Below, piece after piece: positions 13,157-26,473 of a stretch of DNA of 64,000 nucleotides. Position 1 is the first letter of the stretch, and every line of letters begins with the position of its first letter. Both the position numbers and the translations under genes were made by a program. The notes beneath the pieces were generated by a model. It searched no databases. It worked only from the letters and a program-made list of their open reading frames with translations, and was not told where the DNA came from. Source of the DNA: Oculina patagonica (lineage: Eukaryota); assembly GCF_052425735.1 (NCBI RefSeq), contig NC_135771.1:23126001-23190000 (forward strand), written 5' to 3'.

Positions 13157-15018
13157 TCATTTGTTTGTAACTCCGTAACACTTCAATTTTCCCAGGGTGT
13201 GATAACCATCCTCAGGAGAATCGCCAGTATCTCCAAATCTCAGCTGTTTTACGGGAAGATGGGACTTGTTGGTCAACAAACCGCTGTCCTCGCGCCTCTT
13301 GCCATCATTTGCATCGCAGTTGCATCCATATCTGGTGTTTGCGCAGGTGCCAGTTACTCCGCATGCGCACTTGTAAGGAAAGCTGGAGTTACTCCCTCCC
13401 CAATACGTCATCTTGTCTCCATCACGTGACACCCACCAGCCATACATGTTACCGTTGTATAAGAGCACTGAGTCATAACACTCGTACTTGATAAACTGCT
13501 CACAGTGGGCAGATATGGCTGTTAGGCTTCCCAGCTGGAGAAGATCTGCCCCAGTGTAGAGGATGTCACGTGCGTAACAGCCTGGAGAGTTACATCCTGT
13601 CACGAGTGTTCTGTCTTCAATGTCATGACTGATGACTGTCACGCCAACTTTGTTCTTGTCAGTCATATCACAGTAAACAGTGAAAGGTGTCACGCCTCCT
13701 TCTCCATCAGGGTCGATGACGTAGGAACCAGTTGGAGCTTTGGGGTTGCACAGCTTAATCGTACTGCAGCTTATAATTTCTACAAGAAAAATGTCAGTTT
13801 GGTTTGATATTTACAATTCGATGAGTTGCGAGGAATGGTGAAAATGATATTAAAATCGTACTTTAATAGAAATACACGTTAGGACAAAACAACGAGAATC
13901 TCTGCTTTAACACAGTTGTAACAAAGTTTAAGGTCATTACCCTGAAATAGAACTGAACATAGATTTCTAACCAAACTTCGCCTACTGGTTTATTACTTTA
14001 GGGAAACTTAAATTTTGAAATAAAAAAAGGGGGGTCACCAGATTTGTTTAGGAGCGGGAAGACCTTGTACATTCCATATAATTCCTTTAAAATTCCTCTG
14101 CGAGTTCTAGCAAAGAACACGTTTTTAGCGATAATTTATTTTTCAAACACAAGAATTGATCTGCTTTCATTTCACAGAAAGAATTTGATCGCTACACCCA
14201 AAATATGAGAAAAAATTGATAGGTCACCAGACTCGTTTACGAGAAAGCGACAATTTACTTTTCTCGCGGACTAAGCCGCATAGAAAAAAAGCCGCCATTT
14301 TGTTTATGTGCGCGCGCTAATTACGCGTAAAATTCTGCGCAGTAAGGATGCGCAATGCAATACAGGGCAATGACCTTAATAACTTTGGAATCTAACTAGC
14401 TTCACGGTTAAACTAGATTTAAATCAACATGTGAACTTCTGTATTTGTACCTGCTGCTTTTGGCCATTCGCAGTAAGTTCCACAGAATCCAGGTTTGCAG
14501 CGACATCGATAGGAGTTCAGTTCATATTCAGGAACACATTCGGCACCGTTCTTGCAAGGTTCGCTTTCACATGGAGACTGAAAATAAAGACAAAAACGGT
14601 TATAATATTCAACCTGCAAGTATTAATAAGTATTAATAAGCAGAGAACATGTGTATGAGCTGATAACTAGTACTCTTACCGGTGGACTGTAATGATGGAA
14701 TGTAGCATTGGCGTGAAACTTTCTAGTTGCTCTGTACTTGTCAGTGGCCAACAACTCACACAGATAAAGGCCTTTTGAGTCAGGATACGCTGCAACGTTA
14801 AACGAGAAACACTTTAGTTCGCCAACACAAAGGAAAGTGCAGTCTAACTGGTCTGCCACCTTGGACGTTATTATTTTTTGCACCCATAGGTAATGGAAGG
14901 AATTTAAGGCACATTCCCCAACAGAAAAGTCGCCTGTTGGATTTCGATAAAGCGCGCTGTTTTCCATAGCGCGCATCGTTTGGGAGATAACAAACAACAG
15001 GAGTGGTAGCAGCAACAT
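13157..15018 (-). CDS. PAN-EGF-fibrinogen-like protein, copy B. Exons 15018-14680, 14577-14451, 13779-13157 (362 aa)
   Basis: Paralog of copy A with the same intron phases; the frame is intact after splicing. Confidence 0.88.
13932..14375. mobile_element. TTAA-target MITE (Kolobok-like GG termini) in intron 2 of copy B
   Basis: TIR GGTCATTACCCTG / CAGGGCAATGACC with TTAA on both sides; absent from the paralogous introns of copies A and C. Confidence 0.75.
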
Positions 15019-15547
15019 GGCGCGGGGCTGCCAACAGCGAAATGTGTTGTTTGAGGATGCAGGAACACCTTAACTTTCAACCGATATTATAACATGTCAG
15101 TGGTAGTGATTAATAGGTTTTATAAAAGGTTTTACTAAAAGCAAAACCATTATCAATAATTAGTTATTGCCGCGGGGCTGCAAACAACATATTAAAACTT
15201 AATTCTGGGTAATTCTAAAAGTTAACTTGAGTTTTTGCTTCATTAGAGTGTATAAACGAAGTGTTACTTGTTGGTAAACATCTTTGCTGTTTGTTTTCTC
15301 TTCCATAATAAAACACGATAATTAAGGATTTTATTTCATGAAATACGTTAAGTTAAATAAAAGTGAAAAATATTTACTAATTTATTAAAAACAGAACGGC
15401 AAAACCATCAAGTTATTAATTGTTAATTAAGGTGGGGTGCCAAAAACTTAATGTGTTGTTTGGGCAGCAGGCCAAGATCTTAAAGGGAACCTCCACTCTT
15501 ACGACAAGTTGACCTTGGGGTGTTTGCAATCCTACCTATACCGTTAA

Positions 15548-16122
15548 CCCTCGGACGTACAAGCAAATTCATACTCCCACTATCGTACAAGGGGGGGAGG
15601 GGGGTGGATGGAACCCCTCCCCGCAGTTTTCGTTATATTAAGGCGTAGCTAAAATATTTTACACTGAGAAGAAAGCCCTTAGCTTACTCTACAAGATGAC
15701 ATAATTTTAATTGGCTGTGACGTCATAAGAGCCGCCATCTTGGATCCGCCATCTTGGATTTCAACATTTTCTTAGAAGGTCACAAAATAACGGAAATTGA
15801 TGCAAAATCAAGCCAGAATGCTTATGGAATGTAAAAATTAACAAATTTTGCACTTCTCTTTAAAAAACCGGAAAAAAATCAAGAAAAAAGTTAAAAATGA
15901 CGATTTTTGTCAAGACCTGCCTGTATTTATGACGTTGCCATGGCAACGTCAAATACCATGGAGACATGGTTGACATATTAAAATTTCCGCAAAGGATGAA
16001 TGAACAGCTACTGAAAGTTTCAGCATTGTAAAGTAAATCGTTTTTCCAAAATTTGGGAAAAACCTTATGGGGGGTGGCTTCCACCCCACTTCCCCCCCCC
16101 CCCCCCCTTGTACGTCCGAGGG
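15548..16122. mobile_element. piggyBac-like MITE
   Basis: TIR CCCTCGGACGTACAAG at both ends; TTAA TSD. Confidence 0.8.
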
Positions 16123-16631
16123 TTAAAACCTGCGAGTAAGAAACTATTGTTTTTCAGGTTAGCCTAAACAAGCTCTTAGATGAAGGGTTATTAACTCAAA
16201 TTTAGGCTAATTAGGTTCTTAATAGGTTTTCAATTTCTAAAGAAAAAATTTCAATGTTGTAGATTTTAGTGGTATTCGGACACTGGAAATGGCCTGTTTT
16301 CCAGAGTGTTTACCTTCGATGCCCATCTTTTATATTATAAAATGTTAACACCCCCTGTAAAGTTCAGCCCTTAGTATAGTTTTATCGAGAAGTAAATACC
16401 CAAGGTTGAGGCCTATATAGAACTAACCAAAGTTATACCCAATCAGGGTGCATGGGTTTAGGCCTTTCTCGATTATGCTAGTAAAACTGGCATTTAATGC
16501 TACTAGAAATTCTCGCATAAAGCCCAAAAATGCTAAAATAATAAACAACTGCAAGCAAGGCTGATCATACTACGTGAAAAATAGGCTTTGCGAGACAACA
16601 CCACGACTGGAACCGATACAGCAGGATTGCA

Positions 16632-16676
16632 ACCGCGGACAGCTGTTTCGTTCTTATTGGAACTCATCAGCGCGGT
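16632..16676 (-). ncRNA. Minimal type I hammerhead ribozyme, inverted copy
   Basis: Exact reverse complement of 17166-17210. Confidence 0.85.
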
Positions 16677-17165
16677 GTAGCGAATCTAAATGACGCCAGC
16701 CCAAAAGCCAACGCAAATAAATTGCCCAATAACCCGTACACTGTATCAAGTTCCGTACTTTGAACTTACTTGTCCCCCGAATCACGCGCTGCCACATCAC
16801 GTGTTTCGGGGGACAAGAAATTCAAAGTGTCACGATGGAGTCTCGCAAAGCAAAATAACTTAAATGTGGTAGGCACAGCCATTCCGAACATTTAAGCGCA
16901 TGGACAAAACCATGCTAAATAAAAGCACAGCATATCGGATCTGAAAAGATCTACGATCTTATTTAGCATGGTTTTGTCCATGCGCTTAAATGTTCGCGAG
17001 ACTCCATCGTGACACTTTGAATTTCTTGTCCCCCGAAACACGTGATGTGGCAGCGCGTGATTCGGGGGACAAGTAAGTTCAAAGTACGGAACTTGATACA
17101 GTGTACGGGTTATTGGGCAATTTATTTGCGTTGGCTTTTGGGCTGGCGTCATTTAGATTCGCTAC

Positions 17166-17210
17166 ACCGCGCTGATGAGTTCCAATAAGAACGAAACAGC
17201 TGTCCGCGGT
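17166..17210 (+). ncRNA. Minimal type I hammerhead ribozyme (Penelope-type)
   Basis: Stem I ACCGCG/CGCGGT, core CTGATGA, stem II GTTC-CAATAA-GAAC, GAAA, palindromic helix III CAGCTG, cleavage triplet GTC (cut after 17204). Confidence 0.85.
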
Positions 17211-19880
17211 TGCAATCCTGCTGTATCGGTTCCAGTCGTGGTGTTGTCTCGCAAAGCCTATTTTTCACGTAGTATGATCAGCCTTGCTTGCAGTTGTTTG
17301 TTATTTCATTTTATTGCTGATCAGATCTCTCAGTAGATCCTACGAATAGCAGCATTATCGTTTGCGGTCCCTTGCAGTTTTAGTCTTGCTAAAATAATGC
17401 CTGATTTCTTTAAAAAATGCCACTTGAATTCCAAAGAATGCTTTGTTTTATTTCAAACAAAACGTACGAACTCTTACATTATATGCTCATATCAACAACA
17501 GGTGATACTTAATAATTGTTTGTTTATAAAAATAAGAAATAAAAAAATATTTTAAAATTTGAAAAATAAAATAAAATAAAAAACACACACGTAAGTAACA
17601 CAACACAAGTACACAAGTAACACAACGCACAAACAGTCGAAACAGACAGAAAACAATCAAATTAAGTAATCAAAACTGTGAAACTTTAGGATTATTTATC
17701 CTTCTGAGTTCTGAGTGCTGAAATCTGGATCACCTTCATGAAAAATGACAGAAAATGCTCGTTTTCCCAAAAAATGCCGAAAAAAAAGCTAGCATAATCG
17801 AGAAAGGCCTACATGGGTTAGAGTTAAAGGGACTATGTCACGGATTTTCACAGATTTTTGAAGAGCCAAAATTTATATTTGTGTCATAGGAAACTTAAAA
17901 ATAATGGCCCATTTTTATTAACAACGTTTTCCAATTGCAATCCATTTCCATCCGAACCATCTGCAGCCAAACGCACTCTTAAACAGGTTTAGTGCTCTAA
18001 AATAGCAATTGTCTAATGTTTTCAAGTTGTTTCTGTGCCCGGTTTCCGCTTTCAAAATATCGATATTTATAGCCGAAGTTTGATTTCTATCCCAAATAAA
18101 GGTTAAATCTTCAGTTAAATGTTCAAAGGTAATGTTTTCATGGGTAAAGTTGCCTACCACTTATTTCAGAACAGTTTAGACCAAATATCTGCGAAATCCC
18201 TCGTGACAAAAGAGAAACCAATCACAATGCGGTCGAGGCTGTCATTTCTCTGGGAAACATCACGTGTAGCTGAGCAAGTGAAACAGTACTTTGATAGAAA
18301 GTTATGCTCACACCGACACATTCGACTGGTCTGTAGATTAATCGAAACCTACACTCAACGTAGGGGCACCCAACGGAATATTTCGTTAAAATATCTGTTC
18401 GGAAGACGATTTGAGATCTAGAATTTTCGGAACATTCATTGTAATTTTTTTTGCTTGCCTGCCTTTCCTAGGATTTTCGAATATCTAAAAAATGGTACAA
18501 TTGTTCATTTTTAACGGATTTTTACTCTAAAAAGGTCACCTTGAATTTTTGGGAGCCCTTCTCTGGCTGGAATGTTTTCGAAAAGGTAAGTTTTGATCCC
18601 TATAACTTTCGGATCACTAGACTTTCAGCTAGGAAATCCGAACAGATAAAAATTTTTTACAGTTTTAGGGGATAAAAATATGCCTATATCTACCGTTTAA
18701 ATACTAAAATACGTTCAACGGTGCTATGTTTAAGTGGTTTTGAACTATATTCTCGATGGGTGCCCCTGATAGCTAAACGACAACGGTTGAACAAAGAATT
18801 TAAAAAAATCAAACAGTACGGCTCTCGGCCACACGTCAGCTAGTGAACGTTTGCTGACCATCAGAATTGATCGAGGGTTTCAGAAAACAAGACTTTTCCC
18901 TGAATGTCTTTGGAGTGTAAAGTCTATAGTTTAAAATGTAAAATTTTCTCTTCAACAGCTGTTTTGCTTTCAACAAGCAGAGAAGATCCCGTGCCCGGGA
19001 CGAGGTTGCCGGGCCGGCAGGGCCTCCTCGCTCGCGACGTCGCGCGTGACACTCGCGTGTGAAACTTCCCAGAGTTCTTTGCAAGGACAGTTCGGCCATG
19101 TTGAAACGCTGCCTTCTAAATCTTAGCTAAGGTTGGTAATTTCGCGTTAGTTCTGTTGTAATCCTTTAATCTTTAAAGTGATATACTATTTATCACTGTG
19201 TATCATTTTTTTATATTCGCTGTTTTTTTTTCACAAACAGCTAGAAAGCTAGAGCTGTGTTGCAGTGTCCATGTGCAAAATGTGTTGACGCGCGAATATT
19301 GCTTCTCGGGGTTCAGGTAAGCTTTTATTAGAAAAGTTTGTTTTAAATTTGATTTATTTAGGTAGTTAACTCTTACTAGTAATAAGGTTCTCTGTCCTTA
19401 GATGAATGTTTTCCAGTGTAACTAAGCATTTTCTGTCCTGTTTGAGAAGTGTTCACGTATTCCTGTCAACGCCGCCATATTTTTGTCGCCAGTTAAGGGG
19501 GGGGGGAGGGGGAGTGGGGTTGGGGGTAGGGCTGGGGAAGGGTTCTTTTGTTTGTTTTTGATGGGTTTGCTGAAATTTAAGTTTTCAGTTAATTTGTTTG
19601 GCGTTTTATCAGCTTTCAGTTAAAATTTCAGGCCATTTTCCAGCCATGAGTAAATCTGATAGCCTGCAATGCAGCCAGATATGTTGCCAAATCCTAGATA
19701 TACATGTATTGACCATCTGCACAATGGCTTCAAAAGCTTTGGTATTTTCCAAATTCTGTTAATGATAATGAATAATAAGAAAATACCTGCCTGGGTAGCT
19801 AGTGGTTTTATTGAGGTTAACGTCCACAGGAGCAAACACATCCTTGTGCAACAAAATGACCAGTGTGCAGGCTAAAAAAT

Positions 19881-20297
19881 CCCGGGGGGGGGGGGGCACT
19901 CCCTATAATGGCCTATACGGGGAGGCTCCGCCCGAATGAGGTACCTTTTTCATGCTTCAGGTATATAAAAGGGTAGGGATTTCACAAGTGTAGGTATATG
20001 AAAGGGTAGGGATATCGGTCATTTAGGTTTTTAAAGGGCCTTCAATTAAATTATTTCGAACAGACGCACCTTAAGGCTGTACATTTAAATTTATGAAACG
20101 CTGCATAAAAATGACATCCAGACTTCCTGTTTCAGGCCTATGCCAAGTCTTTTAGGTATATTAAAAGGGTACCTTTTTTCAGTAAAAGGTATACAAAAGG
20201 GGTGTCTTTTCTGTCAAAATGGTATATAAAAGGGTAAGGGGTTGGACCTCGGGGCGGAGCCTCCCCGTACAAAACGTTTTTGAGTAGCCCCCCCGGG
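19881..20297. mobile_element. MITE with CCCGGG-polyG termini
   Basis: Terminal CCCGGGG.. / ..CCCCGGG and subterminal inverted TACGGGGAGGCTCCGCCC / GGGCGGAGCCTCCCCGTA. Confidence 0.7.
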
Positions 20298-20554
20298 TAA
20301 AAAATACCAGATTGTACCAAGGGTAAAAACTGAACGACAATAGTGATTACTGATATACCAGGTAACCCTCTAAAGAAATTAAATAAAATCCTTATCCTTT
20401 TAAAAATATTATTATCATTTTCATTTCAGATTCCATTGTTGGAAATGTACTTGCTGCTAGACAACAAAGAAGTCAGTGATATCAGTTTCTCAGGTATGGA
20501 AATCTTCTATGATTATTTTTATTTGTATGTACTGCATGCATTTTTGACCATATA

Positions 20555-20722
20555 CAGTGGAACCCCGATATAACGATATGCCAAGGGGGCAGTAAAATTA
20601 TATTGAGGAATCGTTATATCGGGGTTCCATCCCATACATTTTACTATTGCCGGGACATAACATATTCATCGTTATATCGAAAATATCGTTATATCAAAAA
20701 TCGTTATATCGGGGTTCCACTG
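20555..20722. mobile_element. Tc1/mariner(pogo)-like MITE
   Basis: TA-CAGTGGAACCCCGATATAACGA ... TCGTTATATCGGGGTTCCACTG-TA. Confidence 0.75.
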
Positions 20723-21203
20723 TACAGTTCTTGGTTTTCATGCTGTACGTCATAAAATTCTGAAATCAAAATTCACTAGGCCTACTAAAGCTTCGTTGTC
20801 AGACGTAAGATAAACTAAAAATATATCTTTTTGCAAATTTCCAGATAGATAGTGTCATTCGCTTTTTAAACAGAGCATTTTGAATATTTGAGTTCACCGT
20901 CGTATGTGAAATCAAGCTGAGTGGGGTGACAAAGCTGATTTGTTTGAAAAAGGCCTTTCCTTTCCATTTTCAGCATAATTTTATTGAACATTTCAGATAT
21001 AATAAGTGGTGTTTATGTGAAACTGTACTAGCTCATGAGTCAAAGATTGCAGCTGTTGTAAACAGAATTAAGTTCCAGATGGTTTCTCTGACATCATGGC
21101 GGCCATATTATAAAATCATGTCTTCGTTTTATACCTCAATAATTATTGATAGGTTTTTGGGTCTATAGTAAATGCTAGTATTGAACTCTAGACCTGTAGT
21201 ATA

Positions 21204-21535
21204 CCGTAGAATTCCGGTTATAAGCCCCCCCCCCCCCCCCCCCCCCGGTTATAGGCCCATCATCCTGGAAACAAAAAATACATCTGGTTATAAGCCCCCC
21301 GGATATAAGCCCCCCTCTACCAGATGACAGTACTGAATAGGGCTAAATGTTTTATTATGTGTTTTTAACTTAAAAACGTATTTCCATCAACACTCCCGTG
21401 GGTCGTTTTGAAACGTTTTTTTCATTCCGCTTATAAGCCCTCCCGGATATAAGCCCCTCCGCTTATAAGCTCGCCCAAAACCCCTTACAAAGTTGTACAT
21501 GTATAAGCCCAGGGCTTATAACCAGAATTCTACGG
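21204..21535. mobile_element. Tc1/mariner(pogo)-like MITE; related copy at ~37158-37425
   Basis: TA-CCGTAGAATTCCGGTTATAAGCCC ... GGGCTTATAACCAGAATTCTACGG-TA with internal TATAAGCCC repeats. Confidence 0.75.
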
Positions 21536-24500
21536 TACCTATTTCTTTTTGCTAGAATCCTGTTCTATCCAATTATTAAGTTACCGGCCGTACAGTTATA
21601 CACACTAGGCACAAAATAATCATTTTTGTCTAATTTTTTTTATTTCTTCTTTACAAACAGGCAGCAACAAACTACTTCAGAAGAAGGAGACAGAGATGAT
21701 TATCATCCATTAGCATAATTATTCTAGTTGATGATTGATTGCAATCCACTGGAGCCAGGTAAACACTTGTGTTCGTATGCATTGATCAAATCCAAACTTA
21801 ACCTGGCTCATTCAAGGGCATCCCTGCAGGGCACCTTACCCTCAGGAAACAATCAGGGTTTCTTCTCTTACTATTGAAGATTGGGGAAAATTCAGGGATA
21901 TAATTGATCTGAAAAATTAGGAAAATGACTGGAAAGGTAAATTTTCTTTTCTTTTTCTTCACAAAATAACTAACTTACTATATTCTGAACTACAGTTGCT
22001 GTAACATCACTGACTGACAAATGACTACACATTCAACAGCTAGCAGACTCTAGATGAACTGCAACCCTATAACATGCCCACAACAACTGCCATTGATTTG
22101 TTGCTTTTTTCAAACAATTTCCTCATGTCCTCAACAAAACTAAATTTACTTCAAACAGCTATTACTGACTGGACACAAATTTGGCTAAACCTTCTGGACT
22201 GAAACTCTCAGTCACTTTACACAACTCTTAAAAATCCATTCTGAAGGTGACTTTTACTTACTTCAATTGCCAAGAACAATTTTTCTCCAGGCTACCGTCA
22301 CCAAGACAATCACACTGATTAAACTACTGATACTCCTGGGTTCAACCCCCCACCCCCACCCCCACCCTGCACCCCACTTTTTAATACATTTTCCAGTTTT
22401 GCCGAGGTTAAGAAAGTTTGGATTTGATCATTGCACTGCATGACGTAAACCAAGTTCTGCTTTTGATCATGCAAGACCATAGACATGCCAACTAATGTAA
22501 ATAGTTTTTCTTTGAAATATAATTGTCAGCTTGCAATCAAATTTTTCAAACATTTTGAAAGTGGATACAATGTTCATGTTTGTAAATGTATTTTGTTTTT
22601 ATCACTGTATTTCCTCAGTTAACCTTTGTATGGGGCCTTACTGTATTATACAATTTTTGTCAGACTGATACCAAGGAGAAACATTTTAGAAGGAGGTTTT
22701 ACTGACATGACTGTATTAGGGGGAGGAGGTTCTCAATGCTAAAGGGCGGCCGGGTTCAGAGGTTTGTGTTCATCTGAGTACTACATGGCCAAAAAAAAGA
22801 AAAAAATTAGCCAAGGGGTGCTAAATGTAGTTTGCAGATGGACTTGAATGATTATGAATCCAATTAGTTCCATGTGTGTGAAATGAACGTACCACTGATT
22901 GTCATTTACCATCAACAAAATTACACATTCTGATCAAAAGCAGGGAATTTCTAAAATGAAGAAATAGATTTTGGTATGCCAGTGGGAGGGTTATTCACAC
23001 ACAGATTAAAAATGTAGGTTTGTTAGAAAGGGTTCTGTGTTTAAATTTCAATACAAATGGGGGTATTTGCTGTCAATCCAATCACCGGCTATTCAGATGT
23101 ATCAAAATGATGTGTTTTTGTTGATTAAAACAATTCTATCCCACACTCCACCGAAGTCATTCTGCAACTTTCCCCAAAAATTAGGAAACTGGCTAATAGA
23201 TTGGGGGAGGGGGAAGGGTCACATTTTACTGTACTTGCTTAGACCTGAAAATAGAGGGATTGGGAGCTTAGGACCTAGAATTTTATGTAGTGGGTCATGT
23301 TTATGGGGGAGATGGAAAAGTCAAAAAAATTGAAAAAATTCTCATGCGGCAACACTGCATACAAAAATGCAAAAAGAAGCAGGAGCTATAAAGGAAGGGG
23401 AAGGAAGTAAGGAAATGGAGAGTTCAGACCCCCAGCACCCCCCCCCCCCCCACCCCATGAAAGGAATCTCTCTGTGACTTTATTCACGATCAACAGAATT
23501 ATTTCCATTCAAATTGAAATTTAGATGGGGTTGGGGATACCTTAGTAGATTGCAAGTTTACTGTCAATATAATCCATCCCCCAGCCTCCACCCCTGGACT
23601 AACACTGCAAGTTATACAAACAATTTAAATTTGCTGGATACATTGTATTTACATGTATTCATTCCTGAGTCGCTGTTTCTTAAATCTCCTGCCATTCAGA
23701 CTGAAAGTCCTAATTAAAAGGAGTTTTTGCGATTTTGGATAAATTATTCATGTGAGGTAAAAACATATGGGCTGGGTGTTGTTGGGGCAAAGTGGGGGGT
23801 TTGACTGAGGAAATACAGTGAACTGGTTTAGAACAGTACATTTAAATGTTTTAAAGCCGATAGACAACAACAGACTCGGCTTTGTGTTCTTTTGAATTAA
23901 AATGGAGACTATACAGTTCAGCTCAGATTACAAAAACTATATATAATTAAACTGAATGTTTGAAAAAGTCAAGAATATAACTTGGCAAATTTATAATTGA
24001 GCAAACTGCTGTAAATTTGAGCCTCTGGCTATTTTGGCTATTTTGACTATTTTGACTGCTTATCAAAGTATTTTTTTTTTTGATTGTTTGGTTCACTAGT
24101 CTCAATAACCAAAATAAAATTGATGGTTTTATCTTTACTCACTAAATATTACAGTTTTACCAATTCTGTGGTTTGCTTTGTTCAACAGTTCTAATTTTTT
24201 CTTTTTGTTTCCAAAATTTACGTTTCCTTTTTGTTTCCAAAATTTGCGTTACTCAAAGGTCCTATCCACTTTCAAAATTGATTTTTTTTTTCATTTCTTT
24301 TCAATAGAGTTTTAACGTGACATCTGCTTGGCTTTGCATGTCTGTGGCTCTTGTAGTTATTATACAGTGGCCCATGTGTACAAATATCACTTCTAAATTC
24401 CTTAACACTTATGCCTTCAGCTTGAGTTGCAAAAAAGATTAGTTTTGAAATTTTGCCAAAAATTGCAAATTTGGGAAATAATTATTTTTAAGCAATCTAG

Positions 24501-24862
24501 TGCTGGGGAAGTTTGTTAAAAAAGCCATTAAATTTTTCATTCTTTGTATTGAGTTTCCACTTGTCAGTACTGTGCACAATGTGCCGGAAAATGTTACAGT
24601 CAATTGCATTATTGATGAATGATGGCAATTACCAGTGATTCACATTTGCTATTAAAAAATGGATTATTTTTTATTTCAACTAAATTCTCATAATTTGCCT
24701 TGAAGCATGGACTTATTAAAAAGGATTATTGATGAATTCATGCAGGAATTAGTATTGGTTATTTCTCTGCTACAAGTATTCAGTAGTTCAATAGCAAGAG
24801 GTTCGTTTTTCAAGTTGCAAAATGTCAAATCACCAATTATATTTCAAATTCTCATTACTTTG

Positions 24863-25101
24863 ACAGGCCATTTTACAGTTGTCTGCTCAGTGACCTGGCC
24901 TTTGAATGGAAGTGAGGCTGAAGTTGACCTTGTTTTGATACAGACCTCACTGCTTTTATTGTGTAAATCATGATGTTCTGATGCTAACTAGTTTGCATTA
25001 ACATGATAAAGCAGAAAGGTTTGTATCAATGCAAGGTCACCTCCAGCCTCACTTCCATTCAAAGGCCAGGTCACTTGGCAGGTAACTGTAAAATGGACTA
25101 T
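24863..25101. mobile_element. Palindromic MITE
   Basis: CCATTTTACAGTT..GTGACCTGGCCTTTGAATGGAAGTGAGGCTG is mirrored by CAGCCTCACTTCCATTCAAAGGCCAGGTCAC..AACTGTAAAATGG. Confidence 0.7.
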
Positions 25102-26473
25102 TTGAATTTTAAAAACGGAAAAATACAGGAAAAAATATTCCAATATGCTATTCATCAAGGAAATTTAAAGCTACAAAAATATCAAATATCTAAAAGCTGC
25201 ATCAAAGAGTCAGTCTTGAATTATGAAAATGAACTAATGATAAATGCCGAAATTCCACTGTGCTATTCGGTATATCTGTGGGGGGTGGGGGCGGGGGTTA
25301 GGCAGGAGCTTTTGAGCTCCCAAAGGTATCAAAAATGTCCAAAAATGGGATCAGAGGTTTTGTTAAAATAATTTACCAAAAAGCATTTACTGTTTTTTTG
25401 TAACTTTTGCTGAAGGGCTAAGTTTATAATGTGATTAAAATAACTAACATTTGTTGCCTCGATTTAATTTGGCTAACTTTTATGATTCATGAATTGTCAA
25501 GAACTTACAAAAAACTTAACTGTATACTCCATTATTTTTATGAACATGGGCCACTGTAAATTAAGTAACCCAGTAACAATTATGACCGCTAAAAAGCAAT
25601 GTCTGTTATCTCTCAAACGCAAACACAAAGACGTATTTAACGGTTTTGCGCTCTCTAGTCTTGTATACAATTAAGTCTCTCAATTTATATTGGCAGATCT
25701 GTTCAATTTTAAGTCCGTAAAATAATTGGAAAATTTCCTTGCAAGCTTAAAATAATATGTTATAACAAAATGCAAATTTTGTTTTTTAATGTCGTGTGAC
25801 GGTCTTTTTGTAATCCCATGTGAAATGCGTCTTTGTGTTTAATATCCGGCTCATTTGATTTTTGTATTAGAAAGGTAGAAAATCTGCTAAGTTGCTCAGC
25901 TTGGAAAGTCGAATACTAAATTGCTTTATTTTTTTCTTTTTCTGAGGCGAGCGTTTAAACATCAAGCAAAATTGCAATTTTCAGATAGGATGCCTATGCG
26001 AAATTTTAATATTTACTTGCACGCGTTTTTTTAATAAAAATTAGCATTTCTTCGCACGCTTATTTTTTTTGACAAGAAAAAACAGTGAATTACAAAGCGC
26101 AATTTTAGCAATTTTCAGGCATGCAGTGTAAGGCTATTTCAAATCGCCGACAAGGCTGTTTATATTTTCGTATTTTTAATTCGGTGTTGCTAATTTTGTT
26201 GTTTGATTTCATGCTTTCTTACGCCTGTTTGCTCGTTCTACCAAAATTTAGCGTGACCGTGACGCGGCGTTGTGTGACAATTGAAAATTTGAATACGGGA
26301 GGGCATTTCAATTAAAACTCGACTTCCATTTTGAGCAACTTTGTACATTTTGTGACTTGTTAATACAACAGCGAAACAAGGTAGAGGTTAAGTGAGAGTT
26401 TTAGAACGGACATTGCTTATTTTAGTGGTGGTTTTCTTTAAAGCAGGACTTGGTTTGTAGTCCTGTTATATGG

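Larger units (their letters stand above)
16536..17306. mobile_element. Inverted-repeat insertion, probably Penelope-like pseudo-LTR remnants
   Basis: Arms 16536-16846 and 16996-17306 (311 bp, near perfect), plus an inner 38-bp pair at 16885-16922 / 16959-16996. Each arm carries a hammerhead. Confidence 0.75.
16459..17811. mobile_element. Non-autonomous hAT-type DNA transposon hosting the Penelope-like inverted repeat
   Basis: TIRs TAGGCCTTTCTCGATTATGCTAG / CTAGCATAATCGAGAAAGGCCTA; perfect 8-bp TSD CATGGGTT. Confidence 0.85.
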
